Assembly (NCBI GenBank): GCA_036397555.1
Contig: DASWIS010000007.1
Coordinates: 7,583 to 71,582, forward strand
Direction: 5' to 3'
From: Candidatus Zixiibacteriota bacterium
GTDB taxonomy: Bacteria > Zixibacteria > MSB-5A5 > WJJR01
DNA: 64,000 bases
The notes beneath the pieces are model-generated. The model made no database searches. It worked only from the letters and a program-made list of their open reading frames with translations, and had not been told where the DNA came from. The translations under genes were made by a program, and so were the position numbers. Below, in pieces: positions 40,052 to 50,300 of this stretch (the stretch's first letter is position 1; each line of letters starts with the position of its first letter).

Positions 40052-42463
40052 CTACTTTGCGCGGTGTAACTTACTGCGTTTGCGCGTTGCCGTTTTCCGG
40101 CCGTTGAGGGGGACGAGCGCCGCTTCGATGACTTCGGTCATGTTCGCCACCGGGATAAACGAGACCTTCTCTTTGACTTCGGCGGGGACGCCTTCCAAAT
40201 CCTTGGCGTTGTCCTTCGGGATCAGCACTGTTGTGATGCCCGCGTGATACGCCGCCAGCGACTTTTCTTTCAATCCGCCGATCGGCAACACATCGCCGCG
40301 CAGTGTGACTTCGCCGGTCATCCCCAGCCGTGGGCGCACCGGACGTCCGGAAAACGCGGATGCAATTGCGGTGGCCGCGGTGATCCCGGCGGAGGGACCG
40401 TCTTTGGGTGTCGCGCCGGCCGGGACATGCACGTGCACGTCGGAATCGGCGAAGACTTTGGGATCGACGCCGATGAGTTTGTGATGCGAGCGCACCCATG
40501 AGTAGGCCGCCTGCACCGACTCCTTCATGACATTGCCCAGCAGGCCGGTGTAGACCAGCGATTTGCGTCCGGGCATTTTGGTCGCTTCGACGAAGATGAC
40601 CATGCCGCCGACTGCGCTCCACGCCAGCCCCGGCACGACACCGATCTGCGAGCCGCGCGAGACGATTTCGGGGATGAACTTGGTCGGTCCCAGGTACCTG
40701 GGCAGATCATTGCCGCGCACCGATGTGCGGCCGCGTTTGCCGGAGGCGACCTTGCGCGCCACCTTGCGGCAGACGGTTGCGATTTCGCGCGCCAGGTTGC
40801 GCACACCTGCTTCGCGCGTGTAATCGCGGATCAACCGGGCGATGGCATCCTGTGTGATCGACAATTGGGTTGTCTTCAAGCCGTGATTGTCCAATTCGCG
40901 CGGGACGTGGTAGCGCTTGGCGATCTGAATCTTCTCCAATGTCGTGTACCCCGGCATGGTGATGGTCTCCATGCGGTCGCGCAACACGCCGGGGATCGGA
41001 TCCAACAGATTCGCCGTGGTGATGAACATGACCGACGAGAGATCGAAGCCGACATCGAGATAGTGATCGGAGAAGGCGTTGTTCTGCTCGGGATCGAGCA
41101 CTTCCAACAACGCCGAGGCGGGATCGCCGCGGAAGTCGACGCCGATCTTGTCGATCTCATCGAGCATGAAGACGGGGTTTTTGACTCCGGCGCGTCGCAG
41201 CCCCTGAATGATCCGGCCCGGTAGCGCGCCAATGTAGGTACGACGGTGTCCGCGGATCTCGGCTTCATCGCGCATGCCGCCCAAGGACACGCGCGCAAAC
41301 TCGCGTCCCATCGCGCGCGCGATCGAGCGTCCCAGCGAGGTCTTGCCGACACCGGGCGGGCCGACCAGACACAGGATCGGTCCTTTGACCGACGATTTGA
41401 GTTTGCGCACCGCAAGGAATTCGACGATGCGGTCTTTGACTTTCTCCAGTCCGTAATGATCCTCGTCGAGCGTCGTCTGCGCGTGCTTGATGTCGAGGTT
41501 GTCTTCGGTTGTTTTGGTCCACGGCAATGTCACCAGCCAGTCGAGATATGTGCGGCTGACAGTGTACTCGGCGGACGACGGATTCATCTTCTCCAGGCGG
41601 TCCAGTTCGCGCGTCGCGGCTGTTTGCGCGTCCTCGGGCATCTTCGCTTCGGTGATTTTGGCGCGAAACTCCTCGATGTCGCGCGTGTGATCGTCGGACT
41701 CGCCCAGCTCCTTCTGGATCGCCTTGATCTGCTCGCGCAGGATGTACTCCTTCTGCATGCGTCCCATTTCCGAGGCCGCCTGCGACTGGATTTTGCGCGA
41801 GAGCTCCAGGACTTCGACTTCTTTGTGCAGGAGCGCGATGACTTTGTCGAGCCGCTCGGGCACAGCAAACGTCTCCAGCACCGCCTGCTTTTCGCTGTGG
41901 TCGATATTGAGATTGGCGGCGATCAGATCGGCGAGCTTGCCGGGCTCTTCGGTGTTCATCGCCGTGACCTGCAATTCGTCGGAGAGATACGGTGAGAGCT
42001 CGACCGCGCGCTTGACCAGTTCCAATGCATTGCGCATCGACGCTTCGATCGGCACCGAACGATCCAACGGGTCCTCATGGCTGGTGATACGCGCGACGAC
42101 GAACGGCGTTGAGCGCACGATTTCGCTGATGGAAAAGCGGACATTCCCCTGCACGAGACACCGCACCGAACCATCGGGAAAGCGCAACATTTTCAGAATT
42201 GTGCCGACCGTGCCCACGGTGAACAAATCGTCGGCCGATGGATCGCCTTTGTCGGGATCCTTCTGCGCGACCAGGCCGATCTGGCGACCGCGCATCAGGG
42301 TCTGATCGATCAGGCGGGCGTACTTCTGATCGGAGACCAATAGCGGCGCGACCATCGACGGAAACACGACCGTCCCCCGCGTCGGGAGAATCGGAAGCTG
42401 CTCGATCTCCGGTCCCGGTGGCGCGGACGCTTTGCGTTCGTCGACGGCAACGGCTATCGCCAC
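40052..42463 (-). CDS. lon: ATP-dependent Lon protease
   Basis: LON N-domain, [10 protein letters not shown] and PKDGPSAG are present. GTG start lies 4 nt after the Hsp20 stop. Confidence 0.95.
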   Translation of the reverse strand: MAIAVAVDERKASAPPGPEIEQLPILPTRGTVVFPSMVAPLLVSDQKYARLIDQTLMRGRQIGLVAQKDPDKGDPSADDLFTVGTVGTILKMLRFPDGSVRCLVQGNVRFSISEIVRSTPFVVARITSHEDPLDRSVPIEASMRNALELVKRAVELSPYLSDELQVTAMNTEEPGKLADLIAANLNIDHSEKQAVLETFAVPERLDKVIALLHKEVEVLELSRKIQSQAASEMGRMQKEYILREQIKAIQKELGESDDHTRDIEEFRAKITEAKMPEDAQTAATRELDRLEKMNPSSAEYTVSRTYLDWLVTLPWTKTTEDNLDIKHAQTTLDEDHYGLEKVKDRIVEFLAVRKLKSSVKGPILCLVGPPGVGKTSLGRSIARAMGREFARVSLGGMRDEAEIRGHRRTYIGALPGRIIQGLRRAGVKNPVFMLDEIDKIGVDFRGDPASALLEVLDPEQNNAFSDHYLDVGFDLSSVMFITTANLLDPIPGVLRDRMETITMPGYTTLEKIQIAKRYHVPRELDNHGLKTTQLSITQDAIARLIRDYTREAGVRNLAREIATVCRKVARKVASGKRGRTSVRGNDLPRYLGPTKFIPEIVSRGSQIGVVPGLAWSAVGGMVIFVEATKMPGRKSLVYTGLLGNVMKESVQAAYSWVRSHHKLIGVDPKVFADSDVHVHVPAGATPKDGPSAGITAATAIASAFSGRPVRPRLGMTGEVTLRGDVLPIGGLKEKSLAAYHAGITTVLIPKDNAKDLEGVPAEVKEKVSFIPVANMTEVIEAALVPLNGRKTATRKRSKLHRAK

Positions 42464-42467
42464 GGTA

Positions 42468-42920
42468 TCATCCTTCGGCTATCGGGATTTGACGCGCCTG
42501 CCCCGGTGTGACGGATCGTTTCGTCAGTGCAATTTCCAGAAACCCTTCACGAAACCGGGCGTTGATCTTTTCGGGATCGACCGAATCGGGCAGATAGATG
42601 TTTCGTTCGAATCGTCCGGTCGCGATTTCCATGTTGCGGTAGGCGCAGCCATCGGGCACGACCGTATGCGGACGCTCGCCGCGGATGGTCAGCACCGAGT
42701 TTTGCAGGGTGATCGAGACATCCGCGGGCTTGACGCCGGCTAATTCGACCAAAATGACCACGTTGTCGGCGCTTTCCCAGACATCGGTCAGGGGTCGCCA
42801 GAGACGATTGGCCGAGGGACCCTTGCGCCAGCCGGAGAGTTGATTGAACAGGAGGTCCATCTCCTCCTGCATCTGGCGCATGTCCTGAATGAGGTCCTTT
42901 TTGAATTCCGACATGCTCAT
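42468..42920 (-). CDS. Hsp20/alpha-crystallin small heat-shock protein
   Basis: PLTDVWESADNVVILVELAGVKPADVSITLQNSVLTIRGER and FLEIAL are present. GGAG precedes ATG 42920. Confidence 0.9.
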   Translation of the reverse strand: MSMSEFKKDLIQDMRQMQEEMDLLFNQLSGWRKGPSANRLWRPLTDVWESADNVVILVELAGVKPADVSITLQNSVLTIRGERPHTVVPDGCAYRNMEIATGRFERNIYLPDSVDPEKINARFREGFLEIALTKRSVTPGQARQIPIAEG

Positions 42921-43014
42921 TTGTTCTGCTCCGTGATGCTCATGCCGATGCATGCTTCCTGTCATTCTTGTCGGCGTCCGCCGACAGCCGGTTAACGTCT
43001 GCAGGGTGCGTGTC

Positions 43015-45111
43015 TTATTCGACCCATCGCGCGAGTGAGTCGGCCATGATGTCATAGAGCGGGTCGCGTTGGTCCGATTCCACCAGTTTGTTGTAACCCG
43101 CCAGGTAACGTTGGGTTTCGGCGGTGTCGCCGCGTCGCCAGTGCACCTCGGCAACAGCCAGCCACAATGGCGCCTGGTCGTCGTATGAGGCCAACGCGCC
43201 CTCGAGGATCACCAGCGCCGAATCGAGCTGCCCCAGTTCCATACGGCAGATCCCCAGTCCATGCAGCCAATGCGGGCGCCGCTCGCGGCGCACGGCATTC
43301 TCAAAATGAGACAGCGCCGACGCCGCGTCGCCGGTACGCAGCAACGCCATGCCGAGCGAGTATTCGCCGTCGGGATCGCCCGGCAAAAGCCGCAGCGCCC
43401 GACGCGCGAAGGGCACGGCTTCGTCCCACCGGCCTGCGAGATTGAGCAGGTGTCCCAGTCGAAAATACGCCTGCGCATTGATCGTATCGCGCGCCGCGAC
43501 ACTCCGATACCAATCGATGGCCGCCGCATGATTGCCCAGCAACTCGTGACACATTCCGAGATTGAGCCGGTACCGCGTGTGCTCGCTGACCAAGAGCGCC
43601 TCCTCGTAATGGCGGATGGCGCTGTGCCATTCGCCGCGCTTGCGGTAATACTGGCCGAGCAGTTCATGGCCGTAATCGGAACGTGAACGGTCAAGACGCA
43701 GCAACGATTCGACGCGCAGCAGTTCGGCGGCGCCGTCGACGGAAAATGCCAACCACAAACCCGCCGACAGAGTCGCCACCACAACGGCCGCGCGGCGCAT
43801 CGCGCCGGATATACGGTCCAGCCAAAGGGCCGCAGCGACCAGAGCGGGTGCGGAGAGCAGGCAATACAAATCCCAATCGCGCGCCCAGCCGAGTTTGGGA
43901 TCGAGCAGGCAGGCGAAGAGCAATGGCACCCCAGCCGCCAGAATCCAGAATGTCCGGCCACTTCTTGTGAATGATGTTCCGGCTGCGACACGGACACGCA
44001 TCACGGCCGCGGCCGCCGCTGCGAGAACGAATGCCGGCGCCAGCAGCACCCAATGATTGATGCCGTCGAGCCAATGCGAAACGGAGAGCAGGCCGTAGTC
44101 ATGTGGCGCCTGTCCCCATAACGGCAGCATCCAGTGACCGGCGCCCGCAACGCCCTTGATCTCCTGGTGCCAGAACGCGGTTCCGACGAATCCGCCGACC
44201 AGAGTTATCGCGATCAGCGGCGTTGTCAAATGCCGCCAACGCCGTGTCTGTCCGGTCGACGCGGCCGCGCCGGACCCGGTCCAGAGCAGATACAACATCG
44301 CCGGGGCCAGCAGGATTGCCGTGATGTGCGAGAGGATCGCGATGCACCACAGGATGATCATCCACGTGGCTGACAGCGTTCCCTTGCGGTACGCATTGGC
44401 CGCCAGTGTCCAAAGGCTGAACGCCGCAAAGGGAAGCGCGTACGATTCGACATATCCGGCCAGCAATCGCACCGATCCGAAGGTCGCAAGCCAGAAGATT
44501 GCTGAACGGCGGGGATCGGTCTGATCCGGCGCGGTCGTGCCCACCGCCAACGGCAGCAGATACCACAGACCTGCCATCCACAGCATGGCCGAACACACGG
44601 AGACGGCGGCCAGCGACTCGTACCCGTCGATTCCCCACTGTTGCGGCGCGAACGTCATGATCGCCGAAGCCGCGACGGTCGGAATGATCTCCGTGGCGAA
44701 CCAGTTGAGTCCATCGGAGACCTCCGTGGCGCGCAGCACGCCGTCGCCGAGAAACGGCGCGCGCGCGCGCAACAGGTAGGCCAGGACGCCGGTCGCCGCG
44801 ACACAGGCGATGCCGCCCAGCGCCTGCGACGGACGCAGTTTGCGAGCCAGGGTCGATGTCAACTCATGGCCGAAGGCAACGACGAGAAGTCCGGCAGCGA
44901 GGGCGGCCCCAAACGCCCAGTGGAATCCCATTGGGAGAAAGGCCAGATGATTGATCCCCCACAGGCGCACATCACCGAACCACTGCGCGATCAAAACGAA
45001 GCCGCCCCACAGCGCGACTGCAATCAGCGCGGGCCGGATTCCGGTTTTACGGGCGTGTACAACGGGATCGCTGTTCGAGAAGGCAGCCACAATCCGTATG
45101 CGAGCATGCAC
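43015..45111 (-). CDS. Polytopic membrane protein with C-terminal TPR repeats
   Basis: About 430 aa of TM helices followed by TPR-like repeats (YYRKRGEWHSAIRHYEEAL and similar). Confidence 0.75.
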   Translation of the reverse strand: MHARIRIVAAFSNSDPVVHARKTGIRPALIAVALWGGFVLIAQWFGDVRLWGINHLAFLPMGFHWAFGAALAAGLLVVAFGHELTSTLARKLRPSQALGGIACVAATGVLAYLLRARAPFLGDGVLRATEVSDGLNWFATEIIPTVAASAIMTFAPQQWGIDGYESLAAVSVCSAMLWMAGLWYLLPLAVGTTAPDQTDPRRSAIFWLATFGSVRLLAGYVESYALPFAAFSLWTLAANAYRKGTLSATWMIILWCIAILSHITAILLAPAMLYLLWTGSGAAASTGQTRRWRHLTTPLIAITLVGGFVGTAFWHQEIKGVAGAGHWMLPLWGQAPHDYGLLSVSHWLDGINHWVLLAPAFVLAAAAAAVMRVRVAAGTSFTRSGRTFWILAAGVPLLFACLLDPKLGWARDWDLYCLLSAPALVAAALWLDRISGAMRRAAVVVATLSAGLWLAFSVDGAAELLRVESLLRLDRSRSDYGHELLGQYYRKRGEWHSAIRHYEEALLVSEHTRYRLNLGMCHELLGNHAAAIDWYRSVAARDTINAQAYFRLGHLLNLAGRWDEAVPFARRALRLLPGDPDGEYSLGMALLRTGDAASALSHFENAVRRERRPHWLHGLGICRMELGQLDSALVILEGALASYDDQAPLWLAVAEVHWRRGDTAETQRYLAGYNKLVESDQRDPLYDIMADSLARWVE

Positions 45112-45117
45112 GGGTGT

Positions 45118-46167
45118 TTATACATTGAAACGGAATAGTATATAGTCGCCGTCGTTGACGGTGTACTCTTTGCCTTCCAGCCGCGCGAGACCCTCCTTGC
45201 GCGCCTGTGCGGTCGAGCCGCAGCGCAACAGATCATCCAGTGCAAAGACCTCGGCACGGATGAAGCCCTTCTCAAAATCGGAGTGGATGACCCCCGCCGC
45301 TTCCGGTGCGGCTGCGCCGCGACGGACTGTCCAGGCGCGCACATCTTTTTCCGAGGAGCCGGTGAAGTACGTGATCAGTCCCAGCAGATCATATGAGGCG
45401 GCGATCATGCTGTCTAAAGCCGAGACTTTCAGGTCGTAGTCGGCCATAAACGCGGCGCGGTCCGGCGCATCCAGCGTCGTCAGTTCGGCCTCGAGTTTGC
45501 CGCGCAGGATTTTGACCAGCGTGCGCGGGCCGGGATCGAGCCGCTGCGACCATGCCGCTTCGCTGTCGGGCAGGCCGTCATCGGGAGCGTTCACCAATGC
45601 CAGGAGCGGTCGTCGTGACAGAAAGCCGTAACCGCGCAGCAAATGCTCATCGGCGGGCGTCAACTCGATCGTGCGCAGCGGCTGTTCGGATTCGAGCGCG
45701 GCGCGGCAGCGTTGCAACGCCTCGAATTCCAGGCGATTGTCATCGCGTCCCGAGTCGATCTCTTTTTTCAATCGTTCGTAGCGTTTCTCCAGCACGGCCA
45801 GGTCGGCCAGGATCATCTCCTCGCCGAGGCGCTTGAGTTGGGCGGCGGGATCGGGATTTTCGCCGAATGCGCGCAGAACGGCGATCAAAGCGTCGGTTTC
45901 GCGCACGGCCGGGGGCAACTGCACCGCCTCACCGCCGTCTTCGCCCAGCGGCGGGAAGTCGAAATACTCGATTTCCGCATGCACTTTCTTCGGCGGCTTG
46001 AACAAGTCAAAGAGATGGTCCAGTCGTCGGTCAGGAACCTTGACCATGGCCCGGCGCACCTCATCGCGCGCCTGGTAGGCGTCGGGATCGGTGTGGGCGC
46101 CGGCAACGGCATTGAAGACCGTCGTCTTGCCGACCCGTGGCGCCCCGATGATACCGAGCTTCAGCAT
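45118..46167 (-). CDS. ychF: Redox-regulated ATPase YchF
   Basis: P-loop GAPRVGKTT. The C-terminal block GVIHSDFEKGFIRAEV is characteristic of YchF. Confidence 0.9.
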   Translation of the reverse strand: MLKLGIIGAPRVGKTTVFNAVAGAHTDPDAYQARDEVRRAMVKVPDRRLDHLFDLFKPPKKVHAEIEYFDFPPLGEDGGEAVQLPPAVRETDALIAVLRAFGENPDPAAQLKRLGEEMILADLAVLEKRYERLKKEIDSGRDDNRLEFEALQRCRAALESEQPLRTIELTPADEHLLRGYGFLSRRPLLALVNAPDDGLPDSEAAWSQRLDPGPRTLVKILRGKLEAELTTLDAPDRAAFMADYDLKVSALDSMIAASYDLLGLITYFTGSSEKDVRAWTVRRGAAAPEAAGVIHSDFEKGFIRAEVFALDDLLRCGSTAQARKEGLARLEGKEYTVNDGDYILFRFNV

Positions 46168-46188
46168 GATGGGTTGTTCATGAGTCCG

Positions 46189-46599
46189 TCAGGCGGCCGC
46201 CGTCGGATCCTCGAAGTACTTGCGGTCCGAAGCGCCGGGTGTCGGATCGACTTCGTATAGCTCGCACTGCCGCTGGACCAGCGCCAGATCGCCCAGCCCG
46301 ACATCGACCGCGCGCCGCAGCGTGCGACGAATTTGTTCGGCGATATTGGTCAGCTTGAAGCGTTCCCTGACCGTGACCAATGCGACCACTTCGGGGTCTT
46401 CGTGCAGGCCCGTCGGTTTGTCTTTCGCCTGGAATCCCAATGAGCGCTGTGAGGCGGCGATTTGTTCGGTAAATTGTTCCAGGGCGCGCGAAACTTTCAG
46501 TTTCTTCACGGCCAATTCGCCGAGTTCCTGCAGGATGGTCAACTGTTCATCGGACAACGAAGCGAGCACCGCATCGGTCAGTTCCCGTCCCTTGGCCAT
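46189..46599 (-). CDS. Hypothetical protein (136 aa)
   Basis: GGGGAGG precedes ATG 46599. No motif recognised. Confidence 0.55.
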   Translation of the reverse strand: MAKGRELTDAVLASLSDEQLTILQELGELAVKKLKVSRALEQFTEQIAASQRSLGFQAKDKPTGLHEDPEVVALVTVRERFKLTNIAEQIRRTLRRAVDVGLGDLALVQRQCELYEVDPTPGASDRKYFEDPTAAA

Positions 46600-46740
46600 A
46601 CGCCTCCCCGGGCGGCATGAAATGTTGGGAATCGGCCGCCATCTAGTGAAGGTACGGCAATCGGTCGACGGATCAAAGCGGCGGCGGAAATCACACCTTG
46701 CCACAAACCGGCGTGACGCGTAGTTATCGATGATACCGAT

Positions 46741-47649
46741 ATGCGCATCCTGTTGACCGGTGGAACCGGGTTTGTCGGGCGGGCCCTGGTGGCGGCGTTG
46801 TGTGATGACGGCCATCAGTCCGTCGTGCTGTCACGTCGCGACAAACCGCCGGTGTCTTGGCCGTCGGGCGCGACGTTGCGTCGCTGGTCCGGTCCGCCGG
46901 CGGCGATACCACCGGACGCGATCGACGGTGTTGACGCGGTCATCAATCTGGCGGGCGAGTCGATCGGCGGCGGACGCTGGAGCAAGCGTCGCAAGGACAT
47001 CCTCTGGATCAGCCGGGTGGAAACCACACGCCTCCTTCGCGAGGCGATCGACAACGCTGCGCAGAAACCGCGCATCATGATCTCCGGGTCGGCGGTCGGA
47101 TACTACGGATTCCACGGTGATGAAGAAATCACCGAAGCCGAGTCGCCGGGGTCCGACTTTTTGGCGACGCTCTGCTCGCATTGGGAGGAAGCCGCCAAGC
47201 CGGTGGTACGGCACGGAGTGCGGTTGATGCTACTCCGAACCGGCGTCGTACTGGAAAACGGCAGCGCACTGGCGCGGATGATGCTCCCGTTTCGCCTGTT
47301 TGTGGGCGGGCCGGTCGGCAGCGGCGGGCAATATCTGTCCTGGATTCACCGCGCCGATCTGATCGGTGTGATCCGTTTTGCGCTGTCCAACGAACGGCTG
47401 TCCGGACCGGTCAATGCCGTGTCTCCCCAACCGCAGACAAATCGCGCGTTTTCCCGCAGTCTCGGGAGGATCATGCGGCGCCCCTCATTTGTTCCGACGC
47501 CGGCATTTGCCCTGCGGCTGGCGCTGGGTGAGATGGCGGACCTCATTTTGGAGGGACAGCGCGTTGTGCCACGACGGCTGGCGGAGTTCGGATTCCAATA
47601 CAAATACCCCGACCTCGAGTCTGCCTTGCGCGCCATTCTCGTCTGTTAG
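46741..47649 (+). CDS. TIGR01777/YfcH-type NAD-dependent epimerase-like protein
   Basis: Starts with ILLTGGTGFVGRAL and ends with a DUF1731-like tail. Confidence 0.8.
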   Translation: MRILLTGGTGFVGRALVAALCDDGHQSVVLSRRDKPPVSWPSGATLRRWSGPPAAIPPDAIDGVDAVINLAGESIGGGRWSKRRKDILWISRVETTRLLREAIDNAAQKPRIMISGSAVGYYGFHGDEEITEAESPGSDFLATLCSHWEEAAKPVVRHGVRLMLLRTGVVLENGSALARMMLPFRLFVGGPVGSGGQYLSWIHRADLIGVIRFALSNERLSGPVNAVSPQPQTNRAFSRSLGRIMRRPSFVPTPAFALRLALGEMADLILEGQRVVPRRLAEFGFQYKYPDLESALRAILVC

Positions 47650-47660
47650 ACCTTCTGTCC

Positions 47661-48047
47661 ATGGCGGTGATCGATTACAGCGGCGGCGCGGCCGACTCGA
47701 CGGGAAAGTTCGTGCACATCATCGGACCCGATGACGAATATCTCGTGTTCGCGCCAGGCGCTTTCGCGAAGTATCATGCCAACATCGTCGAGCGCTTCTG
47801 CCGTGAACACCGCGACTTGTCCTGCACATTCAATGCGGCGCACGACGACGCTGCGTTGGACACCATCGGTTGGCGCGTCAACGGCGGCGGACGGTACCAA
47901 TTGGATGGCCGCCGGCGGACATTGACGCTCTGGGATGCGTCGAGAGCATACGGCATCTTCGACGCTGCGCGCGTGCGCGCGTTGATCGCCGAAACACCGG
48001 GATGGTCCGGCTATACGATGCGTGTCGGACTGCCCGAAGATGTCTGA
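47661..48047 (+). CDS. Hypothetical protein (128 aa)
   Basis: High third-position GC. It is tightly packed between two genes. No motif recognised. Confidence 0.55.
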   Translation: MAVIDYSGGAADSTGKFVHIIGPDDEYLVFAPGAFAKYHANIVERFCREHRDLSCTFNAAHDDAALDTIGWRVNGGGRYQLDGRRRTLTLWDASRAYGIFDAARVRALIAETPGWSGYTMRVGLPEDV

Positions 48048-48903
48048 TGCCATGAACTGCGGCGCGTGCGACGCGCAGCGTCAGCGGCCCGTCGGCGAAC
48101 TGCCGATCTACATCCGCGACGGCGAGCTGCCCGACACGATCTGGCGCTGCGATGACTGCGGCACCTACATGCGCGGCATCGACTATGAGACAATTGCCGG
48201 ACATGGGCATTTCGAGGTCTCCAGCTACACACCACCGGAAGCCGAGGAACGGATTCGACACGATCGGCGCGGTTTCTTCGAATACTTGCTGGCTCTCGCA
48301 CAGGCCGAATACAAGCGTCCGCTGCACGGGATGCGCGTGCTCGATGTCGGTTGTTCGTATGGGATTTTGCTGGATCGCGCGCGTGAGCTGGGCGCCGCCA
48401 CGGCCGGCGTTGAGGTGGTCGAACACCTGCGCGCGCGACTCCCCAGCCGCCGGCACCGGGCCTTCGCTTCACTGGACACAATCGGCGATGAGCGCTTTGA
48501 TCTGATCTTCGCCATCGACAGTCTGTACTACATGAACGATCCGGCGAACTCGCTGCGGCGCATCAGCGGATTGCTCGTGCCGGGGGGCGTGCTCATTCTG
48601 CGTGTCTCCAATCGCACGCCGATCTTTCGGTTGCTGCGATTGCTGGGCAGACCGATCACCAACGATCATTTCGGCGATGCCAAGTACAACTTCACGTTTG
48701 CCGGTCTGCAACGGTTGTTGACGCGAGCGGGTTTTACGGTCCGCCGTGTCCGTATGCGCGAGCGCGGCAAGCGCGTGCATGGCGCGGCAACTTGGCTGTA
48801 TTACTGGCTGTCGTTGTCGCTCAGCGCCATTTTGCGCATCAAACTAACGCCGGGGCTGATCGTGATCGCGGCGCCGGTGCGGGGGTCGTCGTGCCGTCCA
48901 TAG
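48040..48903 (+). CDS. Class I SAM-dependent methyltransferase with N-terminal CxxC...CxxC ribbon
   Basis: CGAC...CDDCG is followed by the motif-I-like VLDVGCSYG and a C-terminal hydrophobic helix. The start is uncertain (48022, 48040 or 48052). Confidence 0.75.
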   Translation: MSDAMNCGACDAQRQRPVGELPIYIRDGELPDTIWRCDDCGTYMRGIDYETIAGHGHFEVSSYTPPEAEERIRHDRRGFFEYLLALAQAEYKRPLHGMRVLDVGCSYGILLDRARELGAATAGVEVVEHLRARLPSRRHRAFASLDTIGDERFDLIFAIDSLYYMNDPANSLRRISGLLVPGGVLILRVSNRTPIFRLLRLLGRPITNDHFGDAKYNFTFAGLQRLLTRAGFTVRRVRMRERGKRVHGAATWLYYWLSLSLSAILRIKLTPGLIVIAAPVRGSSCRP

Positions 48904-49949
48904 CCGCCGTCACCACCGCCGTGCCTCCGCATGTGTTGACACAGGATCAGGCGCGCGCATTTGCGGAGAAGCACTTCCGCGCAAGGCGCGATGACATTGC
49001 CCGGCTGCTGCCCGCATTTGAGCATGCCGGGATCGCGACGCGTTATGTGGTCGTCGAGCCGGAATGGTTTGATACGGGGCATGATTTCGCCGAACAGAAC
49101 GCGCAATACATCGACTGGAGCATTCGACTCGGAACCGATGTTGTCGCTTCGTGTCTGCGTCAGGCCGGTTTGGAGCCCTCGGAGATCACCCACATCGTCT
49201 TTGTCTCCACGACCGGACTGGCGACGCCCTCCATCGACGCGCGACTGGTCAACCGTTGCGCCTTGTCGTCCCACGTCGCGCGGACGCCGGTGTGGGGGTT
49301 GGGCTGCGCCGGCGGGGCGGCGGGACTGTCGCTGGCGTATCGTCTGGCGTTGTCGGATCCCGGCGCCAAAGTGCTGCTGGTCGTCGTGGAGTTGTGCAGT
49401 CTGACATTCCATCCTCACGATTTCTCCAGGTCCAATGTCATTGCGACCGCGCTCTTCGGAGACGGGGCGGCCGGGGCGGTTGTCGTCGGCGATCGCGTCA
49501 CATCGCCCCATGGATCACCGCGCATTCTCGATGCGCAGAGCACGACCTGGCCCGATTCGCTCGATGTCATGGGCTGGAACTTCGATGCCTTCGGCATGCA
49601 GGTGGTCTTCTCGCGGGCGATCCCGCAGATCGTGCGGAGCAGAGTGCGGGAGAATGTCACCGCATTCCTGAAGCGCAGCACTCTGTCGCTGGCTGAATTG
49701 AGCGCACTGATTGCGCATCCCGGCGGCGCGAAGGTGATTGCCGCCTATCAGGAGGCGCTGGCGCTGCCGGATGCGATGTTCGAGCACCCCCGCGCGGTCC
49801 TGCGCGACTATGGCAATATGTCGGCGGCCAGTGCGCTGTTCGTGCTCAAACGCGTGATTGATGGCGGTGCGATTCCCGCCGGCGGACATGCTCTGCTGAC
49901 CGCGTTGGGGCCGGGGTTTTCGTCGGAAAACGTGCTGCTGCGATTCTGA
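48891..49949 (+). CDS. Type III polyketide synthase
   Basis: The Cys-His-Asn triad contexts GLGCAGGAAG, HPGGAKV and YGNMSAAS are present, with the tail ALGPGFS. GTG start overlaps the methyltransferase end by 13 nt. Confidence 0.9.
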   Translation: MPSIAAVTTAVPPHVLTQDQARAFAEKHFRARRDDIARLLPAFEHAGIATRYVVVEPEWFDTGHDFAEQNAQYIDWSIRLGTDVVASCLRQAGLEPSEITHIVFVSTTGLATPSIDARLVNRCALSSHVARTPVWGLGCAGGAAGLSLAYRLALSDPGAKVLLVVVELCSLTFHPHDFSRSNVIATALFGDGAAGAVVVGDRVTSPHGSPRILDAQSTTWPDSLDVMGWNFDAFGMQVVFSRAIPQIVRSRVRENVTAFLKRSTLSLAELSALIAHPGGAKVIAAYQEALALPDAMFEHPRAVLRDYGNMSAASALFVLKRVIDGGAIPAGGHALLTALGPGFSSENVLLRF

Positions 49950-49957
49950 TCCGGCGG

Positions 49958-50161
49958 CTATTGGTTTTCCGGCGCCGCTTCGACGGCAAAAGTTCTCGAG
50001 CTCTCGAGAAACCGCACGGTCACCACAATCGGACGGCAGCAGACGCGACAATCCTCGACAAACTGCTGTTGCGGCCCTTCGCTGGGGTCCACATCGATGT
50101 CGTTGACCTGGCCGCAGTACGGGCAGGTGTAAATCGAATCGGATTCGGGGATGGCGTCCAT
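49958..50161 (-). CDS. CPXCG-motif cysteine-rich protein
   Basis: The pattern CPYCG...CRVCC in 67 aa. Confidence 0.75.
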   Translation of the reverse strand: MDAIPESDSIYTCPYCGQVNDIDVDPSEGPQQQFVEDCRVCCRPIVVTVRFLESSRTFAVEAAPENQ

Positions 50162-50239
50162 GGCGGCCTCGCGTAAATACGTAATGACACGTGTGCTCGG
50201 GAGTCAATGGCGGGGATGGGAGCGTGTCAAATTGAAGGG

Positions 50240-50262
50240 CAGGGCACGCCGTACCCCTACGC
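50240..50262. repeat. Palindromic repeat, family B (truncated copy)
   Basis: CAGGGCACGCCGTACCCCTACGC, intergenic. Confidence 0.6.
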
Positions 50263-50300
50263 ATGCCTCGTCATGCAAGATCCTTGCACGGGCAGACTCT

